DNA from: an uncultured Actinomycetes bacterium
GTDB lineage: Bacteria; Actinomycetota; Acidimicrobiia; Spongiisociales; DATADW01
DNA length: 64,000 nucleotides
Direction of reading: 5' to 3'
Assembly (NCBI GenBank): GCA_963780745.1
Contig: CAWACT010000010.1
Span: 49,318 to 113,317, forward strand
Both the position numbers and the translations under genes were made by a program. Shown one piece after another: positions 35,933-45,095 of the stretch. Under the pieces are notes generated by a model. That model made no database searches and was not told where the DNA came from. It saw only the letters and a list, made by a program, of their open reading frames with translations. Positions within the stretch are counted from its first letter, which is position 1. Every line of letters begins with the position of its first letter.

Positions 35933-36031
35933 ATGACCCGCCGTCGTATATCCATATTCGTCACGACGCTGTTCGCCATGCTGGCGTCGGCCGCCCCGGC
36001 CTTGGCCGGGATCGACAACATGCGCCTTTGA
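35933..36031 (+). CDS. Mini-ORF, 32 aa: signal peptide MTRRRISIFVTTLFAMLASAAPALA plus GIDNMRL; may extend to 36259 if TGA 36029 is an artefact
   Basis: AAGGAGG 35921-35927, 5-nt spacer, ATG; n/h/c signal-peptide layout; hand-counted GC3 27/32; below the ORF-track size cut-off. Confidence 0.45.
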   Translation: MTRRRISIFVTTLFAMLASAAPALAGIDNMRL

Positions 36032-36147
36032 GGGAAGGAGACCGACTGCAACTACCGGGGCACGGCTGAGCGCTCACTCGAGAGCCTCGGCGGGAGCTTG
36101 CTCGAGGGGGTGCCGTGCGCCGGCCGGCTCGGAAAGACAAGCAACTT

Positions 36148-36191
36148 CCCATCGGGAAGGGAAGTCCCCATCGGGAAGGAAACCCGATGGG
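36148..36191 (+). repeat. CCCATCGGGAAGG x2 (36148, 36167) followed by inverted copy CCCGATGGG (36183-36191); 9-bp stem hairpin
   Basis: Read directly. Confidence 0.85.
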
Positions 36192-36345
36192 CGGCGGTAG
36201 TGCCAAGGGGGTCAAGCACCACCGCCGCCGCCTCGGGACCGGAGCCCGGGGGTAGCTGAAGGCATATCGCCGGGCCGTTCAACAACTTTAATCATTGCTC
36301 ACTGCACATGTTGGTCCCCGCGACCGATATGTTTTTCGCGCTCTC

Positions 36346-36855
36346 TCAACCGACCAGAGGCCGGCTGACGCCTACACCTCCCAGCCTGTCCACCCCGAAC
36401 CGCTCGATCTCCGCATCGAGGTCGAGCCTGCGGGAAACGGGGGTAGCGTCGGGCCCGAGGAGATCGGCAGGCACCAGCCAGCTGACCTCGAATTCGATGC
36501 CGTCGAGGTCCCGGCCGTAGAGGGCTTTGGTGCTGCCATGGTCGGTCGCACCCACCAGCGCCCCGGCGTTGCTCAGCCTATCGGCCAGGTTGGCGAGGTC
36601 GCCGAGAGTGTCCACCTCCCAGGCAAGGTGGTACAGCCCCACAGCAGTCCTGCCCGCGGGAGAATCGGATGCGGCTTCGCCGATGGTGAACAGCCCCAGA
36701 TCGTGGTCGTTGGTCGATCCTTCGGCCTGGAGGAACACGCCACCTGGGAAGTTGAAGGGCAAACGCCGGAACCCGAGAACTTCGGTATAGAAGTCGGCGC
36801 TTCGATCGGCATCGCGGACAAATAGGACGGCGTGGTTGAGTCGGTTGATGGGCAT
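36346..36855 (-). CDS. VOC (glyoxalase/extradiol dioxygenase-fold) family protein
   Basis: ATG 36855; RLNHAVLFVRDADRSADFYTEVLGF ... LYHLAWEV. Confidence 0.8.
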   Translation of the reverse strand: MPINRLNHAVLFVRDADRSADFYTEVLGFRRLPFNFPGGVFLQAEGSTNDHDLGLFTIGEAASDSPAGRTAVGLYHLAWEVDTLGDLANLADRLSNAGALVGATDHGSTKALYGRDLDGIEFEVSWLVPADLLGPDATPVSRRLDLDAEIERFGVDRLGGVGVSRPLVG

Positions 36856-36969
36856 TCGGCTCCAATCTCGATTGACCAGCACAACGTCAGGAGCACCGCC
36901 GGGCTTCCCGCTGGAGTCGGGTAACACCCCCGACCGGGCACGGCCGACTCATGGGGAGGAGTTCAAATC

Positions 36970-37284
36970 TCAATCGAGGTGGAACACTTCGGCCAGCGCC
37001 TCCATCACAGTGTCGGCGGGGACATAGTCGAAATACTCGGCCATCGACTCCTGCCAGCGGGCGTTGACCTCCTCCGAGGCCATCCCGGCGAGAGCTTGCT
37101 CCAAGGAGACTGGTGTCTCGAAGTACCCGAAAAGGGTGCCGTCGCCGCGGAGGAACAAGCTGTAGTTGTGCCATCCGTGCCGTCTCAAGGCATCGAGCAT
37201 CTCCGGCCAGACCTCTTGGTGCGCCGCGCGGTATTCCTCCAGTCGATCCTTCCGGACCCGGAGCACAAAGCCGACGCGCTGCAT
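36970..37284 (-). CDS. rhaM: L-rhamnose mutarotase
   Basis: GAAGGAGG before ATG 37284; EYRAAHQEVWPEMLDALRRHGWHNYSLF motif. Confidence 0.85.
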   Translation of the reverse strand: MQRVGFVLRVRKDRLEEYRAAHQEVWPEMLDALRRHGWHNYSLFLRGDGTLFGYFETPVSLEQALAGMASEEVNARWQESMAEYFDYVPADTVMEALAEVFHLD

Positions 37285-37295
37285 TTGGGCCTCCT

Positions 37296-38057
37296 TCACA
37301 AGAGCTCCACCGACGACCGGAAAGGATCGAGCCGCCCGTCGCCAGGGTCGAGCTCGGTGACGAGGAGATCCACCTCTTCGAGCTCGAACATGCGCGCCGG
37401 CGCCCTGGTGCCGAGCTTGCTTCGGTCGACGGCGAGGATCAGCCTCGAACTCGTCTCGCTGAAGGCACGTTTCACCTCCGACTCGGCCAGGCTGGCCTCC
37501 GACGAACCGACATCGTGCGCCAAGGCGGCGCCGGAGCAGATGAACGCGTCGTAGAGGAACGACCGCGCTACCCGGACTGCCATCGCACCGACCAGGCTCC
37601 CGGTGCGGGGCTCCTCCGTCCCGCCGGTGAGCGTCGCCGCGATCCCGGGTTTCCCTGTCATCGCCTGGAAGGTGTCGACGCCGTTGGTCACCAATGTCAG
37701 GTCCCGACCCCCCTCGATGCTCCTGGCGAGACGATGGACGGTGCTCGATGCGTCGAGCGCCACCGTTCCCGTGGGGGGTATCAGCGGAAGCAGCTTCTCG
37801 GCGATTCGACTCTTCGCCTTGGCGTTGTGCCGGTGCCGCTGGACGAAGGGCTCAGGTCCCACCGCCACCGCGCCGCCTCGTACGCGGCGCACCGCCCCCA
37901 GCGCCTCCAATTCCGCCAGGTCGCGCCGGATGGTCATCTCGCTCACGCCGAACTCAATCGCCAGATCGTCGATGCGGACGCCTCCTCGTTCGACGATGAG
38001 ACGCCGCACGTCGATGAGCCGCTCTTCGGGGCTCATCGACTGGTGGTCGTCTGACAT
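37296..38057 (-). CDS. DeoR family transcriptional regulator (rhamnose operon)
   Basis: HTH IDDLAIEFGVSEMTIRRDLAELE plus DeoR C-terminal sugar-binding domain. Confidence 0.85.
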   Translation of the reverse strand: MSDDHQSMSPEERLIDVRRLIVERGGVRIDDLAIEFGVSEMTIRRDLAELEALGAVRRVRGGAVAVGPEPFVQRHRHNAKAKSRIAEKLLPLIPPTGTVALDASSTVHRLARSIEGGRDLTLVTNGVDTFQAMTGKPGIAATLTGGTEEPRTGSLVGAMAVRVARSFLYDAFICSGAALAHDVGSSEASLAESEVKRAFSETSSRLILAVDRSKLGTRAPARMFELEEVDLLVTELDPGDGRLDPFRSSVELL

Positions 38058-38058
38058 C

Positions 38059-39396
38059 TCAACTCTCCGCGGCGAGCCAGTGGTCGGCTCCATCCCGGCC
38101 GTCAAAATGCCCGAGGGCGATTCCCTGGACCACCGCATTGCCCAATGCCGTCGCCTCGGGATCGCCTACGAGGACCGGCAGCCCGGTGGATTCGGCAAGT
38201 AGATCCGCAAGGAGACCGGTCCGAGCCCCACCACCGACGAGGGCGAGCCGGGTCATCTCGGTCGCGGTGAGGACCTCCAGTTCACCTACGACCCGCGCCA
38301 CGCCGTGGGCGATCGACTCGAGGATCGACCGGACGACCACGCCTCGGGGTACCCCTGCCGGAAGCCCGGCTGCTGCGCGGATCTCGGCTTCCATGTCATC
38401 CGGTGCCACCAGCCGCTTGTCGGCGGCGTCGAACCGCGGCACCGGGGCGGTGACCGCGGTGGCTTCGTCGATGAGGACATCGACCGGCGGGTCACCCCAG
38501 ATCGGCCGGCAAGCTTCGACCATCCAGAAGCCGACCACGTTCTTGAGGAAGCGAAAGCCGCCGAGAGCGCCCGACTCGTTGGAGAAGTTTGCCGCCATGG
38601 CGGCGGGCGATGTGTCGGCGTCGGTGCGCTCGATCCCGACGATCACCCAACTTCCGGTAGACACGAACACCGTCCCCGGCTCCCTGCCGACCGGGACCCC
38701 CAGAAACGCCGATGCAGTGTCGTGCGAACCGACCAGGTGCACCGGGATCCCGCGCCATTTGCCTACCGCCTGCCCGGCAGCGGCCACGCCCGGCAGCATC
38801 TGAGGTGACATCCCGATCGCCTCGATCAATTCAGCGGACCATTGACCGCTCCTGGCATCGAGCAGGCCTGTGGTCGAAGCGTTCGACCGCTCGGCACCCT
38901 CGAAACCGGTCAACATCGAGACGAGAAGGTCGGGAAGCAGTAGCACGCGTGCCGCCCGCTCCATCTCGGTCCGATCGTGGGCGGCGAGTTGGAAGATGGT
39001 GTTGATCCCCATCAACTGGATACCCGTGATCTGGTAGAGGTGTTCGAGCCCGATCGACTCGGCCGTGGCCATCCACCCGTCGGTTCGAGAGTCGCGATAG
39101 GAGTAGGGGTCGGCGATCACCCGACCGGCGTCGTCGATCAACCCGTAGTCCACGCCCCAGCCGTCGATTCCGATCGACTCGACCGAACCCGACTCGATCC
39201 CGATCTCGAGCCCCATCTCCACTTCGGCCACCATCCTCTCCCAGTCCCAGCGGAGGGCTCCACCCGGGTCGGCGACCGGGCCGTGCGGCCAGCGGTGGAG
39301 GACCTCGACCGCCGGGGCGGCGGCGAGGTCGACGGCCGCCACTCGCACCGAGCCGGCACCGAGGTCGACCGCCAGCACCCGGGCGGAGTCGTTCAT
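38059..39396 (-). CDS. rhaB: Rhamnulokinase (FGGY family)
   Basis: LAVDLGAGSVRV, GIDGWGVDYGL, YQITGIQLMGINTIFQL. Confidence 0.85.
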   Translation of the reverse strand: MNDSARVLAVDLGAGSVRVAAVDLAAAPAVEVLHRWPHGPVADPGGALRWDWERMVAEVEMGLEIGIESGSVESIGIDGWGVDYGLIDDAGRVIADPYSYRDSRTDGWMATAESIGLEHLYQITGIQLMGINTIFQLAAHDRTEMERAARVLLLPDLLVSMLTGFEGAERSNASTTGLLDARSGQWSAELIEAIGMSPQMLPGVAAAGQAVGKWRGIPVHLVGSHDTASAFLGVPVGREPGTVFVSTGSWVIVGIERTDADTSPAAMAANFSNESGALGGFRFLKNVVGFWMVEACRPIWGDPPVDVLIDEATAVTAPVPRFDAADKRLVAPDDMEAEIRAAAGLPAGVPRGVVVRSILESIAHGVARVVGELEVLTATEMTRLALVGGGARTGLLADLLAESTGLPVLVGDPEATALGNAVVQGIALGHFDGRDGADHWLAAES

Positions 39397-40679
39397 AACC
39401 CGGTGGACACCGAGGCCAGGCCCCGCCTCTCGATCATCTCCTGGCGGTACCCGAGGGAGCGGTAGGCAGAAAGCGGCGCGATGGCGGCCCCTTGCCTCCG
39501 GCGCGCTTCGGCGACGAGAGGGCGAACATCGGTCCGGAAGGCGGACTGGAGGATTTCCTGGGCGGCGGTGGCGTCGTTGTCGTCCTGGGCGGCGATCAAT
39601 GCAGCGCCGTCCACCAGCATCGCCTGGGCATATGCGATTGAGACTGCCTCCGTCGACTGGATGAGGTCCTCGAGCGGGTCCTTGATGTTGTGGCTCTGGT
39701 CGATCATGTAGGCCAGGTCGGGAAGGCGGCCCTCGCCGGCGCGGATCAGCTCACAAAAGATGAGGAAGAGTTGGTAGGGGCTGATCGACCCGGTGGTGAG
39801 ATCGTCGTCGCCGTACTTGGAGTCGTTGAAGTGGAACCCCCCCAACCGACCGACCATCGCCAACCTGCTCACGATCTGCTCGATGTTGGCGTTGGGGAGG
39901 TGATGACCGAGGTCGACAAGGCAAGATGCCTTGTCACCGGCCGCCTGCGCCAGCAGGAGCGACGAACCCCAGTCGTGGTTGACCGTCGCATAGAAGGCGG
40001 GCTCGTACGGCTTGTGCTCGGTGTACATCCGCCAGTCATCGGGGAGATGGGCGTGGACCTGCTGCAGTCCTTCGGCGACGCGCTCGAACTGGGTCCGATG
40101 ATCCGCCTGCCCGGGGTGGTTGATCCCGTCCGCCAGCCAGACGGTCAGCGCCCGCGACCCGAGACGCACCCCGAGGTCGATCACTTGGACTTTGTGCTCC
40201 ACCGCCGCTTCCCGCACCGCCGGGTCTGCGTTGGCCAGGCTGCCGAACTTGTAGGTGATGGCGCCGTCCCTTGTGGTCGCCGGGTTGTCCTGGAAGGTGT
40301 TCGAGTTCATCGCATCGAACTCGATCGAGCGCTCCGCGGCGTACTCGCGAAGCCCGTCGGGGTCCTCGGGGTGGTCCCAGGGGACGTGGAGCGAGATCGA
40401 CCGGTTGCTGGCGGTGAGCGCGTTGAGCGTCGCCACGTCGTCGACCTTCTCCTCGGTGGTGCTCGGCTCACCGCCCAGGGGGAAACGCCCGAACCTGGTG
40501 CCCCCGGTCCCCACCGCCCACGACGGAGCCGCCACCGAGAAATCGACAAGGGCATCTAGCAGCGCGCTCGCCGTCACGGTGGAGGTCCGCTCCAGGCTGG
40601 TCTCCAGGGACCCGAGATCGGCGCGCAGCGCCTCCTCGTACGGTGCGTTCAGTTCGGCGATGCGTGCCGGGTCGATCAT
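39393..40679 (-). CDS. rhaI: L-rhamnose isomerase, actinobacterial type
   Basis: TIM-barrel sugar isomerase ~428 aa; operon context; ATGA overlap with rhaB. Confidence 0.8.
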   Translation of the reverse strand: MIDPARIAELNAPYEEALRADLGSLETSLERTSTVTASALLDALVDFSVAAPSWAVGTGGTRFGRFPLGGEPSTTEEKVDDVATLNALTASNRSISLHVPWDHPEDPDGLREYAAERSIEFDAMNSNTFQDNPATTRDGAITYKFGSLANADPAVREAAVEHKVQVIDLGVRLGSRALTVWLADGINHPGQADHRTQFERVAEGLQQVHAHLPDDWRMYTEHKPYEPAFYATVNHDWGSSLLLAQAAGDKASCLVDLGHHLPNANIEQIVSRLAMVGRLGGFHFNDSKYGDDDLTTGSISPYQLFLIFCELIRAGEGRLPDLAYMIDQSHNIKDPLEDLIQSTEAVSIAYAQAMLVDGAALIAAQDDNDATAAQEILQSAFRTDVRPLVAEARRRQGAAIAPLSAYRSLGYRQEMIERRGLASVSTGL

Positions 40680-40689
40680 GGAACGCCTC

Positions 40690-42738
40690 CTACCGTAGGA
40701 ATGCCGCAGCGACGCCGCTGTCTACCGGGATGATCAGACCTGTGGTCTGGCTGAGCGACCCGCCGACCAGGGCGAGCGCCGCCTGCGCCACGTGCTCGGG
40801 GAGCACTTCCTGTTTGAGCAGCGTCCTGTTGGCATAGAAGCGGCCGAGTTCTTCCTCGGGAACGCCGTAGACCCTGGCCCGTTCCGCCCCCCACCCGCCG
40901 GCGAATATCCCCGAGCCTTTCACCACCCCGTCGGGGTTGATCCCATTCACACGGATCCCCCACTCGCCGAGCTCGGCGGCGAGCAGCCGGACTTGATGCG
41001 CCTGGCTCGCCTTGGCTGACCCATAGGCGAGGTTGTTCGGCCCGGCGACCACGGCGTTTTTGCTCACCACGTAAACGATGTCGCCGCCCCTTCCTTGGGC
41101 GATCATCGCGGCGGCTGCCTGCTGCGACACCAGGAACGAGCCTTTTGCCATCACATCGTGCTGCAGGTCCCAGTCCTTTTCGGTTGTCTCGAGCAGTGCC
41201 TTCGAGATGGACAATCCGGCGTTGTTGACGACGATGTCGACCCCTCCGTATCGGAGCAACACCTCGTCTATCGCCGCCCGTACCGCTTCCGGGTCGGAGA
41301 CATCGGCCTGAACCCACATCGTCGTGTCGGTTGTTCCGATCTCGTTGGCGGTCTGGACCGCCACATCAGGGTCGATATCGGCTACAGCTACCGCCGCCCC
41401 GTTTTCGCTGAAGATGGCGGCGATGGCCCTGCCGATCCCCGAGCCGCCCCCTGTCACCAACGCCACCTTGCCGGTCAGCGGCTTCGCAGGAGGTCGCCGC
41501 CTCAGCTTCATCTCCTCCAGCATCCAGTACTCGATCCGGAACTTCTCCCGCTCGGGCACCGGCGCGTAGGTGGACACCGATTCCGCCCCCTTGACCACGT
41601 TGATGGCGTTGATGTAGAACTCGCCGGCAATCCGGGCGCTCGAAGCATCCGGCCCGAAGCTGAACATCCCCAAGCCGGGAACCAAGACGATGGCGGGGTC
41701 GGCCCCCCGCATTGGTGGTGTCTCCTCGTCGGCGTACCGCTCGTAGTACCGGCGGTACTCCTCGCGGTACTCGACGTGCAGTTCGTTGAACCGCTCGATC
41801 TGCGCCTCGATCGGCTCGGTGTGCGGCAGGTCGAGCAGCAACGGTCTGACTTTGGTACGGATGAAGTGGTCGGGACACGAGGTCCCCAGCGGGACGACCC
41901 GGGGGGCCGCTTCACGACCGATGAAATCGAGCACCAGATCGTCATCGAACCAATGGCCGACCACATGGTTGTCGGTGGAGCAGGCACCGCGGATCACCGG
42001 CGCCAAGGCGGCGGCGCGCCTCCGTTGCGCCTCCGGGGCTAGCGGCTCGAATCCGGGGCGGAGCGGTCCCAACGGATCGGGGCGCCCGTGCGTCTCCAGG
42101 AACTCCGCTGCTGTGCGGATTGTCGCCAGCGTCGTCGCCTCGCATTGCTCGGAGGTCTCGCCCCACGTCGTCAGCCCGTGCCCACCCAGGACCACGCCGC
42201 GCAGGCTGGGCTGATCCCGCGCCATCTCGGCGATATTCAGACCCAACTCGAACCCGGGTCGCCGCCATGGGACCCAGCCGATCTCGTCGCCGAAGCACTG
42301 CTTGGTCAGGGCCTCACCGTCGGCGGCCGCCGCCAGAGCGATGACCGCATCGGGGTGGAGGTGATCGACATGCGATGCTCCCAACAGACCATGCATGGCG
42401 GTGTCGATGCTCGGCGCCGCACCTGGCGGTCCAAAGCCGCAGTAGTCGAGGAGAGACTGCATCTCGTCCTCGTGCTGCTCCCCCCGGTAGACCGAGCGGA
42501 GCGCCCGCAGCCGATCCACCCGGAGAGCGGCCAGTTGGGGGACGCCGAGCGTCCCGAGATCCCCACCCGAGCCCTTGACCCACATGACCTCGACCTCGTC
42601 GCCCGATGCCGGGTCAATCGCCGTCGCCTTGGCCGAGGTGTTGCCACCTGCGTAGTTGGTGTTACGACGGTCGGCGCCCAGCCGGTTGGAGCGCCCAATC
42701 AACTGCGCGACAGCGGATGGCATGTCTGGACCTGTCAT
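40690..42738 (-). CDS. Bifunctional rhamnulose-1-phosphate aldolase / short-chain dehydrogenase
   Basis: N-terminus RSNRLGADRRNTNYAGGNTSAK aldolase; C-terminus VTGGGSGIGRA SDR with YVVSKNA; upstream 141 codons of track ORF discounted. Confidence 0.85.
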   Translation of the reverse strand: MTGPDMPSAVAQLIGRSNRLGADRRNTNYAGGNTSAKATAIDPASGDEVEVMWVKGSGGDLGTLGVPQLAALRVDRLRALRSVYRGEQHEDEMQSLLDYCGFGPPGAAPSIDTAMHGLLGASHVDHLHPDAVIALAAAADGEALTKQCFGDEIGWVPWRRPGFELGLNIAEMARDQPSLRGVVLGGHGLTTWGETSEQCEATTLATIRTAAEFLETHGRPDPLGPLRPGFEPLAPEAQRRRAAALAPVIRGACSTDNHVVGHWFDDDLVLDFIGREAAPRVVPLGTSCPDHFIRTKVRPLLLDLPHTEPIEAQIERFNELHVEYREEYRRYYERYADEETPPMRGADPAIVLVPGLGMFSFGPDASSARIAGEFYINAINVVKGAESVSTYAPVPEREKFRIEYWMLEEMKLRRRPPAKPLTGKVALVTGGGSGIGRAIAAIFSENGAAVAVADIDPDVAVQTANEIGTTDTTMWVQADVSDPEAVRAAIDEVLLRYGGVDIVVNNAGLSISKALLETTEKDWDLQHDVMAKGSFLVSQQAAAAMIAQGRGGDIVYVVSKNAVVAGPNNLAYGSAKASQAHQVRLLAAELGEWGIRVNGINPDGVVKGSGIFAGGWGAERARVYGVPEEELGRFYANRTLLKQEVLPEHVAQAALALVGGSLSQTTGLIIPVDSGVAAAFLR

Positions 42739-42865
42739 TGCAGCCGTCTTGATCGGCCGGTCGTTAGAACTCTCATTATCTCCAAAAGCGATCCCAGTAC
42801 AGGATCCTCCAGTCGTGGCGGCAGTCTGGACCCGGACCGGAGCCCGGGCCCAGGTTGCCCTCGGG

Positions 42866-44037
42866 TCAGCTGTCAATGTTGTCGGCGTTGAACTTCTTGA
42901 TCGGCCCCAACAGGACACGAAGGCCGGCATCGCGACCAGGATCTTCGTCGATCGTGTACTCACCCAGGCGACCTGCCTCGAACTGTTGACCTGCCTCCGC
43001 CTCGATCTGGCCGGTGGCGAGGCCGTAACCGACGTAGTAGGACAGGTAGCCGAGGTCGGGGAAGCTCCACAAGGCGAATTCAGGGGCGCATCCGCTGAGC
43101 GTGTAGTCGCGCATCTCGGTCGAGACTCCCAAGCCGGAGACCTTGACCCGATCACATTCATCGGCTTGCGTCACGACCTGGGCGGCCGCCACGATGCCGA
43201 CGGTGGTCGGGGCCATGATCAGGTCCAGGTCGGGATTCTCGAGCAACTCCTCCGCCCGATCCTGGCTGTCCTGGGGCACGTCGTTCCCGTAGACGGTGTC
43301 GACCAGTTCGATGTTCTCGTACTCCGGGGTCGCCAGCAGTTCCTCGAGTGAAGCGATCCAGATGTTCTGGTTCGCTGCTTCGGGCGTCGCGGAGAGAATG
43401 GCCATCTGGCCCCCCTCCTCGCCGAGGATGCTGCGAGCCATCTCCGCCATCACCTGGCCGGCACCGCTCAGATCGGCAGGCGCGATGTACACCGACTCGC
43501 CCTCAGCGGACGGGATCGGGGAGTCCCATGTCACGACCGGGATGCCAGCCTCTTGCGCAGCCGCCGCGGCCGGGCCGAGCTGATCACCGGCGTTGTTCGA
43601 GACCATGATGACGTCGACCTGTTGAGTGACCGCGTTGGTGACGATGTCTATGCCGGCGGTGGTGTCGGCGCAGTCGGCCGGGCCCACCAGCTCGGTCGGT
43701 TCGGATTCGAGCTCCCCGGCCGCCTCCACCGCACCATCGTTCGCCTGCGGGAACACTGGGTTGGTGGTGCACTTCCCAAGGAATGTCCCGACGATCGAGC
43801 CCGCCGGGCCGATCGTCACCGGCCCTCCGCTGCGACTGTGGTATCGGCCGCGACCGTGGTCTCGGCCCCTGCTGTCGTGTCCGCTGCGACGGTGGTGTCC
43901 GCCGCCGCCGTGGTGTCCGCACCAGCGGTGGTGTCCGCTCCGGCGGTCGTGTCGGCTGCACCACCGCCACATGCCGCTACGACCATGGCCAGCGCCACCA
44001 GGGCGACCGCGGGGATGCGTCGTCTAATCGCTGTCAC
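42866..44037 (-). pseudogene. Sugar (rhamnose-type) ABC substrate-binding lipoprotein, one frame break (CC run ~43820-43824)
   Basis: GAAGGAGA before GTG 44037; lipobox [10 protein letters not shown], (A/G)ADTT linker repeats (ORF 43816..44070), then [12 protein letters not shown]... in ORF 42866..43972. Confidence 0.75.
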
Positions 44038-44112
44038 GATGTCTCCTTCTATTGGTTGGTCTGTTCGCATACGCTCATAGGTGACTCGATGGACCTCCGT
44101 TTCGCTCGTACG

Positions 44113-45095
44113 TCAGGGTGGGGCATGGGCGACCACTGGTGCGGTACGCCTTTGACGTGCCTTCTGGACGAGATTCGGAATCAGGACCGACCCGATGAGC
44201 AGGAGCCCAATCACGCCCGTCTGGATGAGCCCGTCCACGTTGGTCAGGCCCATCCCGTTGCGGATGTTGAGGACCGTGAAGATGGCCAAGGCCACCCCCA
44301 GCATCGACCCTGAACCTCCGAAGATGCTCACCCCGCCGAGAAGGACGATCGTGATGATGTCCAGCTCGAAGAATTGGGCCAGATCGCCGCGCACCGATCC
44401 CACACGGGCGGCGAACAACACACCCGCCAGGCCGGCCACCAAGCCCGAAGTCACAAAGATCTTCAGCTTCGCACCGGCTACTCCGATCCCCGCAAACCGG
44501 GCGACCTCGGCGCTGTTGCCGATCGCATACACCTTGCGGCCAAATGCGCCGCGCTCGAGAATGATCCAGGCGATTGTTAGCTCGACGATGAAGATGACTA
44601 CCGCAAGTGGGAGCGGACCGAGCAACGGTTGCTGACCGAGTCGGTCGAACCATTCCGGGAAGTCACCCACCGACGTGTCCTCCATCAAAACCCGCGCCGC
44701 TCCGCGGAAGCCGATCAATCCGGCCAATGTGACCACGAGCGAGGGCAGGCCGAAGCGGATGACGACGAGCCCTTGAAGCAGCCCCGCTGTGGCTCCTGCC
44801 GCTATCGCAATTGCGACACAGACCCGAACGGCACGTCGCCCCCCATGTACAGGGCAGCCATCACGGCAGCGGAGAAACCCATCACCGAGGCTACGGACAA
44901 GTCGATCTCCCCGTTGATGATGACGAAGGCCATCACAACGGCGACGATGATCTTCTCGACGGAGAGCCCGAACAGATTGATGAAGTTGCCGACGCCGAGA
45001 TAGACCGGCGTAATGGCGATGTTGATCACGGTCGTGGCAATCAACAGCCCGAGAAGGAGGACCTCCCATCGATGGCTCCGGGCCCACTCACGCAT
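44113..45095 (-). pseudogene. Sugar ABC transporter permease, one frame break (G-run ~44823-44825)
   Basis: ORF 44802..45146 (MREWARSH...GGDVPFG) joins ORF 44113..45087 ([18 protein letters not shown]...). Confidence 0.75.

Noticed and set aside
36029-36110. Selenocysteine recoding of TGA 36029
   Set aside because: I see no convincing SECIS-type stem-loop at the right distance downstream; only short palindromes (TGAGCGCTCA, CTCGAG) are present. A homopolymer error pair or a genuine stop are simpler explanations. It is not formally excluded.
36052-36285. 77-aa minus-strand ORF downstream of the VOC gene
   Set aside because: It is Pro/Ser/Gly-rich, has a TTG start and has no SD. It shares wobble positions with the plus-strand extension, so its coding-like GC3 is not independent evidence. 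It is kept only as an alternative explanation in the findings.
36950-36975. tRNA-like T-arm (GGAGGAGTTCAAATCTC)
   Set aside because: The T-loop-like TTCAAAT is present, but the flanking bases cannot form the 5-bp T-stem, and no acceptor or anticodon arms can be drawn.
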